A stretch of DNA of 64,000 bases from the human T2T-CHM13v2.0 reference genome, Homo sapiens. The notes beneath the pieces were generated by a model. The model made no database searches and was not told the DNA's origin. It saw nothing but the letters and a program-made list of their open reading frames with translations. The translations under genes were made by a program, and so were the position numbers. Shown here piece after piece: positions 53,220 through 64,000 of this stretch (position 1 is the first letter of the stretch; every line of letters begins with the position of its first letter). The DNA is taken from NCBI RefSeq assembly GCF_009914755.1, contig NC_060933.1. One strand, 5' to 3'.

Positions 53220-54738
53220 TGGTTTGTCTATCTGTGTAACCAGGTCTCTGATCATTCATTTGTCTATATATGAATGCAGCCTGTTGGCAAAGGATTTGGT
53301 CCATGGTAGGTGCACCATGACTGTTTACTAGTTTATTAATTTTTAATTTTAATTTTGCTACAGGAAGTAATGATTTCCTTTTCAGTTGTTGATGGCCCTG
53401 TCTAAAACCAAGGACAAGAAATCACTAGATGAAAGCATTGCCTTTATATACCTAAACTCTTACTCTTTATATATCTTCAATATAAAGAGATTTAAAAACG
53501 GTGTTTTTTCCAATCAAGTACATTTAGAGGACAAAAATAAGAAAAGGACATCGACAAGACTGATAAGCACTAAAGTCATCTTCCCTGTCCCTCCTAAAAG
53601 GTCAGTTTCATTTTGTTTTTAAGATGCTTCTCATGTACAGAAGACAGTGTTGGGAAAAGATGAGTTTGATTTTTATAAAGGTGATTTCCGAGGCACTCTT
53701 TATTTATTTATTTATTTTTTAAAAATAACTTCTTCCCTTTCTTCTTTCCTTTCTTTTTCTTTCTTTTTACCTGTCTTTGTTCATTAACTAGAATTAAATT
53801 AAGTTTTTGGTTATTTCCCACAAGCAAGATAAATATCTAAAAAACAGATAGGTTGGGGGAGGAAAAATGGTCAATAGAAACTTTCTTAGAAGATGAAAAT
53901 GTATGTTAAATCCTCTTCAAATTATAATTTTCAAATTCTCACTGCTAAGACAAAATTAATTAGTTCAACTAAAACAGAGTTGCCAATTAAAACATGGTTA
54001 ACTAGGATTCTCTAAAAAAAAAAATCCCAAATCTTACACTGTTCATTCTAAATAAACATGCTTTTAAAGATTAGGAAAATAATTACCTATTTGCACAGGA
54101 AAATAATAAATGATGAAATCTCAACAGATAGGGTAAAGATATCATAATATTATCTTAGCAATTGGCTCAATCACTTCCCACTCAGTTTAAACGCTTTAAT
54201 AAAAGGTATTTTATACAAGGAAAGTCCTAAATCAAGGTTATTACAGATTACATTTATGTAAGTATTTGTTCTCTCACTAATGGAAGATTTCCTCTCTAAT
54301 ATTTTTTCTAAATAATTTGTTAACCGGAGAAGAGGAAAACAAAATATTTTTTTCTAAAATTCTATCGAGGACTTATAATTTATTTTACTTTTATTCTCTG
54401 ATAAAGAAAAGGCTACAGGGAAACTAGCAGGCGAAAGACTTTCTAAATGTAAATGCTGCCCAAAGAAAAAAAGAACTGTGATTAGATTATTAGGTATAAT
54501 ATGCATCAAGGGTTAAAATTCATATACGGAGAAATGCATGTCAATTGCACATATTTTAAAATTCACTTTAGGAATTTATCATAAAGAGTTCAGATATGCA
54601 CAAAGATAAACTTCATGGCAATATTAGTTACAGAGGTAAAAGAATACAAATCCTTGTTTCCCACAGCATTCAGGCAAGTGAGACTACCCTATGGAGACAG
54701 GAGGCTGAGCATCTGCAGAATTTAAACTAGGAGGCTTG

Positions 54739-54850
54739 GACTCAGAGATACCAAACACAGCCAAGGGCAAGCATGGCATACAGAGTGAAAATGGAGGAAC
54801 TGTGCAAATTGCTGTACTAGGCCCCTCATCAAGTTGATTTCCCTGTTTTT
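54739..54850 (+). repeat. Donor arm of a 112-bp inverted duplication (partner 56298-56409)
   Basis: 107/112 identity to the reverse complement of 56298-56409. Confidence 0.96.
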
Positions 54851-54971
54851 TTCTTTTTCCTCCGGCAAAGATGGGAGCTGGGGAGAAGCAAATGACCCCA
54901 GAGAGAAGGCCGTTGGGGATTTAAATTTGGGGCAAATAAAAAGGCCGGCCAGCCATATATTTATCCTAGAG

Positions 54972-55189
54972 CAGCAGTTCTAACTGGAATGGGGCGGGGG
55001 TGGGCTTCCCCAGGGGTTAGAGACATTTTTGATTTCCATAACTGGAGGGGCATGGTGCTACTGGCATCTAGTGGGTAGAGGCTAGGGAAGCTGCTAAACA
55101 TCCTATAATGCAAAGAACAACAAAACAGCCCTCACAACAATGAATTATCCAGCCCCAAATGTCAGTAGTGCCACTGTAAAGAAACCCTG
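54972..55189. mobile_element. MER20 hAT-Charlie MITE
   Basis: gtgctactggcatctagtgggtagaggctaggga...aattatccagccccaaatgtcagtagtgcc...gaaaccctg. Confidence 0.9.
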
Positions 55190-55871
55190 TAATAGAGTGA
55201 AGCCCACAGTTCACACCTGTCCCATGCCTCCATTACTCACACAGGACTTCCAAAGGCTCTTTTGGGCTTTGGAATATGATTGGCTTGCCTTTTACCAGAC
55301 ACTTGAGGAAAGCCCTCACAATGAAAGTCAAGACAAAAACCCACAAACATCAACCAAACAACTGAATAAGAAAAAAAGTATTGGAGAAAACAGAAATCAT
55401 TAAAAATCTTAAGAAGAAAAACTGTAATTGATACAACCCAATCTGAAATATAATTTGGCAATATCTAGCAAACTTGAAGCTAAACCCACGTGAAACCCAG
55501 CAATTCTGCTTGTAGGGATTTGTCTCAGAGAAATTCTTGTACATGTCACTAGGAGAGATGCACAGATTATTCATAGCAGCATTGCTTGTTAGTAGCAAAA
55601 AAAAAAAAAAAAAAAAAAAACCTAGAAAAAATCTAATCATTCACCAAATGAGAATGGATAGATTAATTATAGACTATTCATATAATTTGAATGCCAAAAT
55701 CACTTAAAATGAATGACTTAGAGCTAAGTATCTCAATACAGATACACTTCATAAATATAATATTGACTTAAGGAAAGCAAATTACAGGGGACCACATTCA
55801 TTAAGATACTATACAAAGTTAACAAGCTTTGAATAAATACATGCAACAACTTTACTATATCTACTTTAAGG

Positions 55872-56224
55872 CAGGGGTCCCCAGTCCCTGGGCTGTGGAC
55901 CAGTACCAGTCTGTGGCCTGTTAAGAACCAGGCTGCACAGCAGGAGGTGGGCAAAGGGTGAGTGAGCATTACTGCCTGAGCTTTGTCTCCTGTCAGATCA
56001 GTGGTGGCATTAGATTCTCACAGGAGCAGGAACCCTATTGTGAACTGTGCATGTGAGGGATCTAGGTTGTGTATTCCTTATGAGAATCTAATGCCTGATG
56101 ATCTGAGGTGGAACAGTTTCATCGCAAAACCATCCTCACCACACCCCTAAGCCCCAACCTCGGTCTGTGGAAAAACTGTCTTCCACGAAACTGGTCCCTG
56201 GTGCCAAAAAGGTTGGGACCATTG
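55872..56224. mobile_element. MER1B hAT-Charlie MITE
   Basis: caggggtcccca...ccctggtgccaaaaaggttgggaccattg; perfect 8-bp TSD ctttaagg at 55864-55871 and 56225-56232. Confidence 0.95.
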
Positions 56225-56297
56225 CTTTAAGGATTCATACTCGTCTACCAAATCTATAAGGCAATACATTTTAGCTATCCTCCAGACTCAACATGGG

Positions 56298-56409
56298 AAA
56301 AACAGGGAAATCAACTTGATGAGGGGCCTAGTACAGCCATTTGCACAGCTCCTCCATTTTCACTCTGTACGCCATGCTTGTCCTTGGCTGTGTTTGGTAT
56401 CCCTGAGTC
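56298..56409 (-). repeat. Inserted arm of the 112-bp inverted duplication
   Basis: Reverse complement of 54739-54850, interrupting the L1ME remnant. Confidence 0.96.
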
Positions 56410-57150
56410 TGGGAGGTTGGCAGGAAGGAAAGTAACTGGGATGTGTATTCAGAGAACTTTGAGTATGTGATGTTTTATTTCTTAAGCTGCATTTTGGGTC
56501 TACTGGTGTTTGCTATATTATTCTATATCTTTTGTATGTTTTAAGTTACATTAAATAAAACCTATTTTTAATATCATCCGAAAGATAAAAGAAAATATTG
56601 CATCCAGGAAAAAGCAATGTCTCATTCATGAAGCAGGAATTTAACTCCACAAACATAGCACTTCTAAGAAAATCTAATGTGTAGTAAAGCTATTACATGT
56701 TTTAAAATATAAAATTAAAATGTATGGGCTTTCTTTAAAACATTTGTAATTTAATTTCAAATATATAATTTAAATTTAACCGTAATGGCATCATTTTAGA
56801 ATTGAGTTTTTCTTTTCTAATAACCAGGTATATAAGGTAACTTTGTCATGTACCTGGTTTGAAAATGTTATAATAGATCCCAATACATCATATGCCATGT
56901 CGAGCTATTTTCTTTTAAGTGTTCTTAATACTAAGCATTGGGGTAAATTTTTAATTGCTAAAAAGTGTAACTGATTATATTTGAAATATTTAGCAGTTAT
57001 GATCCACAATAACAATTCTAGGAAATTAAAAAAATAACATGTTAGTCAATGTTTTAATTAATATATTAAGAACCTACACAAGTGATTGCATCAATGGCTA
57101 TTGAAATTGAAATAATGACTTCTGAAATTATTTTAAAAATATCTTTTTCT

Positions 57151-57369
57151 AAGAACATATGGACACATGGTGGGGAACAACACACACTGGGGCCTGCCGG
57201 GGGTGCAGCGGGAGGGAGAGCATCAGGAAGAATAGCTAGTGGATGCTGGACTTAATATTCAGGTGATGGGTTGATCTGTGCAGCAAATCACCATGGCACA
57301 TGCTTACCTACGAAACAAACCTGCACATTCGGCATATGTACCCCAGAATTTAAAATAAAAGTTGAAGAG
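57151..57369 (+). mobile_element. L1PA8A-like 3'UTR fragment
   Basis: ggggaacaacacacactggggcctg...gggagagcatcaggaagaatagcta...aaaataaaagttgaag; imperfect TSD aaaaa(t)atcttttyct. Confidence 0.88.
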
Positions 57370-58033
57370 AAAAAAATCTTTTCCTTGGCACTATTTTGTT
57401 CTAACCAGAGAACTAATTTAGGAATTGAGAAAAGCATAAAAAGTATCTGTTCTTTTTAATTGCATAAATAAGTGATACAAAAAAAGTTCTGAGTGAGTTC
57501 TATAAGTAAATATTTTAATTTCCTTACACTGGCTTAGCTAAAATTATCATTTTGTCATTTTAGAAATATTGTATTATTATACCAAGTAGTGAAACATTTA
57601 AAAATATACATTTAGCAGGTTAAAATAATCATGTTCATCTTTTAAAGAAAAAGATCCTCAAAGAAGACACAATTCATACTTTCCATTTTTCATTGACATC
57701 ATTAAGTACTCATTTAAATTAGTTTCGGAAACTGAAATAACTTTACATTTTTTTGATATGGTGGCAAAGTTCACCTGAAAAAACAATTTCTAATTTAATC
57801 ATTCCTTCATACATGGTATGTTCCCTCTAAAAGTGACAACTCTATACTTCTAATATATGTAAATATATATTAAGACCATGGCCAATAACAAAACAAAACA
57901 AAAATGAACAAAAATGTTTTAATATGGAAACATTTTTATGAAATTAAATTTCCCTGGCTAGTTATTGAAATTTATCTTATTTAAATGATTTAAGTTTATT
58001 CTAGCAAGTGCTTCTAAGGTGGAGATGCTAATA

Positions 58034-58394
58034 CAGGTTGAGCATCCCTAATCTGAAAACCCAAAATCTGAAATGCTCCAAAATCCAAAACGTTTTGAGC
58101 ACGGACATGATGCCATAGATGAAAAATTCCACACCTGACCTCATGTGACAGTTCTCAGTCAAATTGCAGCCAAAACTTTGTTTTATACAAAAAATTAACA
58201 AAAATATTGTATAAAATCACCTTCAGACTATGTGTATATGAAACATAAATAAACTTGATGTTGAGACTTGGGGTCTAATCCCCAAGACCTATCATTATAT
58301 ATGTATATGTAGATATTTCAAAGTCCAAACAAAAAAATCTGCAATCCAAAACACTTCTGGTTCCAAGCATTTTGGATAAGGGACCGTCAATCTG
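58034..58394. mobile_element. Tigger4 (Zombi/MER46 family) MITE
   Basis: TIRs caggttgagcatccctaatc / gataagggaccgtcaatctg flanked by TA. Confidence 0.88.
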
Positions 58395-59189
58395 TATAGC
58401 TGTGTCTACAAAAATAAAATGGTAACCAAGAAGAACTCTAAAATTAGATTTGTAAAATCTCCTTCAGCTCTAATATTTCATTTACTCATCCCTTCATCTT
58501 TAATGACTTCAGTCATTCATTTGTTCGCTCCTTTTAGAGACTTCCTATGTGCCATGCAGTGTGCACTCTGGGGATATAAAGAGAAACAAAAGAAATTTGC
58601 TTTAGCTATAGTACATCAGTATGAAAGGTGGGAAGGGATCACAAATCCAAATATCAAATACACACAGAGTTCACTCTCTGTATTGCAGAAGGAAAGGAAT
58701 CCTGCCTAGGTGACATGGACCCACCCATAGAGACCTTTTGTATGGGAATTGTACCACTGCTCTAGCACTTTGCTCACAAAGTATGGCATATCACACTTCC
58801 ATTCATTTATAGTGGAAGACATGGAGGCACAGAGAGGTGAGAGAACTTGTCGAAAGTCACAGAGCAAGTTAGAAGGCCAAAATCAGAATATATGGTCTAT
58901 TGTAATATTTTCAACAAATGTATTGAAAACTTGGCAAGTGTCTGGCTTAGAACCAGGAATGGGGACTACAAAGATGAATAAGATGGAATTCCTGCCTAGA
59001 GGTGCTTATGTTCTGGTGCTGGCAGTTCCCAGACTCGGGGGTTCTGGCAATTACTGTAACAGCTGATTATCTTGGTACCTACTGCTGGGTCTCTGAGTAC
59101 TGTGTTAGCATATAAACAAACGTGGAACTGCATGGGGACAAGAACGGCTGGCAAAGTAAACATGGGGAAACATATTCAGTGTGGCTGTA

Positions 59190-59720
59190 ATCTGTAAAAT
59201 GCAAATTCAAAGAAGAATTTGTTTCTACCTATCCATCTTGCAAAAGTCTTAAAAACACTCAAAATGGAGAAATTGCCCCTCTCATCCACTGCTGTTGGAA
59301 ATAAAAATTTTGTGTTTAGATACCAAAGTTGCAGCATTATGTACAGGCTTATAACCAGGAACAATTATGTTCAACAGTAAGTGAATAATGTTTCACTAAA
59401 TTACGGTTACATTCATGCAATATTATGATACATGAGGCAGTTTCTTAAGATTACTTAATGACCTGGGAAAATATTCATCATCCAATGTTAATTAGAAAAC
59501 CAGCATATTAAACTATATATGACATGCATTTTCTAAAAATACTTTTCTAAAAATACAGTATGGATGCATATCTGTATCATAAACACTGGAAAGAAATGTA
59601 TCAAATTAATACTTGTGATTATTTCTGGGGGGTGGTATTACAGATGATTTTTATTTTTCTCCTTTGTATGTTTTCCAAATTTTCTGCAAGGAGATTCCAT
59701 TATTTAATAATTTAGAAAAA
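59190..59720 (+). mobile_element. L1ME-type 3' end
   Basis: aaatgcaaattcaaa...ctcatccactgctg...tgattatttctggggggtggtattacagatgattttt. Confidence 0.65.
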
Positions 59721-61399
59721 ATAAAAGTAAGTCTTAAATTTTTTTTTCTGACTAGATGATTCTCTGAAATAAACTAACTGCTCCTGACTGGTTTCAGGAC
59801 ACCAATGACTCAGCCCCTTCTGGTTAGGACACACGGGTGCACTAGAGAGGTCCTGAGACCTGAGCTCCATGACCCAGATTTGTTTTGCTGCTTACTGGCT
59901 GTGTCTTTCTGGGCAAAAGAGTCCCGAGCCTCTGTAATTGTATTTGTAAAATGTGGCAATTGACGTCTGCCTCACAGATGAAGTTTAAAGACAGTATAAG
60001 AAAAATGCTTTGAAAAGTACTATATAAATGCAAGCTATGTCTCACCTGAGACATAGATAAGACAGAGAACACACTCAAATCCCAAATGACCAACTTCTTG
60101 GTTTTATGACATCACTTAAATGACAGAACCTCTTTGAGCCTTAGCCTCACAATTTGTCAAGTAGAGATATTACTGGCTTCTTCAGAAGGTGGATGTGAAC
60201 TAAACACCTTTTGCAGGACTCAGTAAATGTTAGCTTTCTTCCTTTCTTAGGCTCTGTCTTTCCCCACTCCACTCTTACTCTGAAACAAGGATTTAAAAAA
60301 ATGCTCTGGCATCAGCACTTTCTATTCTAATTTTAAAGCATATTATTTACTTTGTTTTTTTGATATGTTAAAAATGTATGGATTCTTTTTCCTTTCTCCA
60401 CCCTTTTACGATGTGGACAAACAGCAAACACAAAGTAAGCAGAACTTGGGAAAATCAATGTGAGGACTGTGGACAAATTTTATGGGGTCATTTGAGCCTG
60501 AAGTTTTCCACAGAAAGCTCTGAAACTCTAAGCACTTTCCTTTAGGGCAGGCAGAGTAGGAAGGGTAAGAACGTCCTTGCTTTGGTAGGCTGAAATTATT
60601 TCAGCAATTAGATCTCCCTAGATTCTGGATTTATCTAAATATACCTGTGACATTCTGTAAATGTGCAGAACTCAGAACTTCTCAGGCCTGGTTTCTGTAG
60701 TGTCAACTGACAACCACATGCTTTGAAATTTTGTTTCCTTTAATTAACCTTCTCCATTTTCAAATCAATTTTCTCACTTCCTCATGGTGTTACTGCTATT
60801 CTAAGAAATGCAGACCTAACGGATCAACATTTCAAGACTCCAAAGGTTCGTATGCCAAGCCTGGAACTTTGTACACAAATAGATATCCAAGAATACTCGC
60901 TGTTCATTCTGTATACCCAAACTTAAAAATTCAAGAGCTAAGATTAAAGTATCAGAGGATTGAGTCCTAATTTACTATTTGAAATCTGGTCTACCTTGTA
61001 TAAGAATCTTTTCTTGTGGGAATGTTGAAGATTTTTGAGAAAGAGAACAACCCACTGAAGGCCCTCCCTGTTTAGGGAAGATTAACCTGTTAGGTGCTAG
61101 TAGATTGATCGAAGGGGATGATCTGCATGTACCATGACTGTGAAGACAGATTAAAAAGGAAGAGGCAGATAAAAGACATATTGTAGCGGAATCCGCTAGT
61201 GCCCAGTCCATTTTTCCAGAGTCTTAGCACTTCACTGTGTTCTGGCTGATTTCTAACTGCCAGCGTCTACCCACCTTTAGTTGAGTGCTAAGGAATTCAT
61301 ACCCCCATGCCAAGCAGCACTTAGTCCACAACCGGTAGGAGTTGATACATAAACAGTCCAGCTCCCCCGCACTTTGGGTGGAAGAACTCTGAGCTGTGT

Positions 61400-61532
61400 T
61401 GTATTAGTTTCCTACTGTTGCTGTAAAAAAATTACCAAAAACTAAAGAGGCCTAAGGAAACATGAATTTATTACTGAACAGTTCTGGAGGCCGTAAGTTT
61501 GAAATAGACCTTACTGGGCTAAAATAAAGACG
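61400..61532 (-). mobile_element. MLT1 (A/B-like) LTR 3' fragment
   Basis: tgtattagtttcct...gctgtaa...aattacca...cagttctggaggcc. Confidence 0.75.
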
Positions 61533-63109
61533 CAGGTTTGAAGACAGTACACTATTGCTTTGCAGGATGCTGACCAATCTTCTGGCACAAGTAGACCCAA
61601 ACTGTGGTCAGCTTATTCTTTGAAGGAGCCTTCTTGAATTCCTCTTCTCTTTATAATCAAAACCGAGACAGGAGAATGTGCTGGTGAAAATTCCTCCACA
61701 CTATGCTGAAATCAATCATATCAGGCCTCATCTTAATCCCACTTAATTTAACTGAATCCTGCCATTTGATCTAATCCATCTAATTTAATCCCACTTTGGC
61801 ACAATCCAAATCTAGAATACTTGAGTCAAATCATCTAATACTCCAAGACTAGCAGTAGCCTACCGTGGATGGAAAACGATAACAAAGTTACAAGGTACAT
61901 AGAGTCAGAATCTCTTGTTTTTCATTCTGGCTATAAAAAAACCACATGATCTTAGACTAATCACTTAATCTCTCTCTGACCGATTTTATTTCTTCATGTA
62001 AAGACAGAATTAATAAAACTCCTTTTTTGAGAGATTTCAGAGTGAAATGGAAAACTGTGAACTTGCTTTGAGTTCTAATACAATAGCACTAATCATGATG
62101 ATTTGAAGGACAGTAAACCTTTTGTTTTTCCCATGAATGCAGGTTTTAGTCAAATGCCAGCATTCTCTGTACACTTGGTGCTCCTAAAACGTTTATTGTT
62201 TTTCATAATGAAGAATAATGTCTTATGCAAAGCAATCTATTCACAAACCTTCTCCCAGTTGGAACTGATATATGTTGAGCCATCTCAGTTATTCTGATAA
62301 AGCCCCTCACTACATTTGTATCTAACTTCATCACAAACAAATGATCTCGATACACTTTGGGGTTCTGCAAGATTTAACAACCCATGGTGACTTGTCGCAT
62401 AACAGAAAACTTGACTTTTTGCTCTATTTTAAATTACATTTGAGTATTTTTTATTGAGAATCTATTAAAACTAGGGCTCCCAGAACTGGTCTTTCAGTAG
62501 TTTACATAATAATAGCTACAATAACAACTGATGTCTGCGTCTTGCATTATAGTTGGCAGTGGCTTCCTATAGTTAGATGTTGCCCAAACTTCAGTCATTT
62601 TTATAACATCAGCATGATATTTTGCCATATTTTCTTAATTTACGTGGTACTAACTACCAAGTGTTTTATCTTGAGTTACCTTTTAAAATTTAAATGTTTA
62701 TTTAAAAAGTGAACTTCATATCACTACCATACCTAGAAAACAAATATTGCTTGCCATAAATAGAAAATAAATAAATTCATTGATTTAGGCATGCCATAAA
62801 GTATACATATAGCAAAACATCATGTTGTGCACCATAAATATATACATTTATATTTGCAAATAAAAAATAATAATTTTTAAAAAGAAAGTAAATAAATGCA
62901 ATGCAATGAAAACAAAACAATATTGTTCAGTTCCTTTCTATACTGTTGTTGGGTAAAAGTTCCTGAGCTTGAGATACATTCTTTTGTGTTTGTGTGTGTA
63001 AGTGTGTGTACTAGAGAGAAAGAGAGAGAGAGATACTCGCATATCTTATATCAAATTTAGATACAAACTCTACATTGAGACTTTTGGTGAATTATTTACA
63101 ATTTTTGGA

Positions 63110-63290
63110 AATGACATGATGGATTAGAATCTTAGTAAGCAGTGCAGATACTGTATCCATTTTACAGATGATAAAGCTAGGGCTCAGAGAGATTACATGA
63201 CTTATTTCTTCAATACTCAGTAAATGGCAGAGCTGGGCTTCAAACACGAGCCCTTTCATTCCAAATCCTGTGCTTTCTCTATTGCACTCA
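63110..63290 (-). mobile_element. MIR SINE
   Basis: ccattttacagatgataaagctagggctcagagag...agtaaatggcagagctgggcttcaaac. Confidence 0.8.
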
Positions 63291-64000
63291 AACCTTCTTG
63301 GAGTGAGAGGGGTTGCAGAGGGCTTAGATGAAGCACACTAAAGATCCATTCCCTCTGTCATTCATAATCCAGTCAAGGAGATGAGAGGGACCAAAGTCAT
63401 ATATTTAAGTTGTATCAAGAGAAAGTAGGAAAGTATGTTTTGACATAATTGGCCCAAAGAACAATGGTGAAAATATTTAGCAAGTGAGCTCACTGTAAGT
63501 TGGACTATTAGGGAAGACTTTCTGGAAGAAGCAAGATTAAAACTCTTGTGTTGAAGGGTGGATAAAATTAGATGAATTGAAGATAGAGGTGAAACCATTT
63601 CAAGTGATAACAGTGCTTTGATCAGAATAATCAAAAATATCAAAGCTCTGTCTTGGTTCACTGCAGATAGGGGAAAATGCACATATATGACAGGAAGTAC
63701 TATGGCTACATTTTATAGTCTTATGTGCTATGAAGTATGTAATCATAGCACATAAGAATGAATCACTATTTTGTAATCCTTAAAAATAAATTATTTCCTT
63801 CAAAATATGTATGACTCAGCAAACTATCTACAGGACTTTTTCTCCTAAGGAAATAATGATGGATATATGCTAATATTTGTAAGAATGTGTCTCATCCTAG
63901 CAGGGCAATTGGAAATAACTCCAGTGTTTGATCATATAGGGCTTAGTTATATAAAATCAACTGCATCAATACTGGGGACCCTGTGCAATCTCCAAAAAAG

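Larger units (their letters stand above)
55380..56560 (+). mobile_element. L1ME-type 3' end, interrupted by MER1B and the inverted insertion
   Basis: tttggcaatatctagcaaa...acccagcaattc...ttcatagcagcattg...atgttttatttcttaagctg. Confidence 0.75.

Noticed and set aside
54739-56409. A novel 1.67-kb DNA transposon with 112-bp TIRs
   Set aside because: No TSD; the interior is a patchwork of older repeats, and the L1ME continues beyond the right arm

Overview
Primate (human-like) non-coding genomic DNA, AT-rich, with no CpG island and no protein-coding gene I can identify. Much of the window is interspersed repeat: Alus (J, S, Y), L1PA/L1PB/L1M pieces including a near-full-length minus-strand L1PB1, MaLR/ERVL solo LTRs (MLT1, MLT2, THE1C, LTR33), DNA-transposon MITEs (MER1B, MER20, MER33, Tigger4), many MIR/L2 remnants and microsatellites. 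Most ORFs in the track are repeat-derived or chance. The notable signals are structural: (1) a 5'-half tRNA-Ile(UAU) tailless retrocopy with a 19-bp TSD inside an L1; (2) a multi-step template-switch rearrangement in the L1PB1 3' end, producing a ~365-bp inverted repeat with a duplicated chimeric junction and a ~0.9-kb deletion; (3) a probable ~86-bp 5' transduction on the same L1; (4) a 112-bp inverted templated insertion; (5) a 132-bp tandem duplication with a gene-conversion-like identical tract; (6) a pre-miRNA-like hairpin; (7) a twin-primed L1. A few regulatory and exon candidates are low confidence. I see no evidence of a new multi-gene system. Subfamily names come from recalled consensus sequences, and boundaries of old repeats are approximate.
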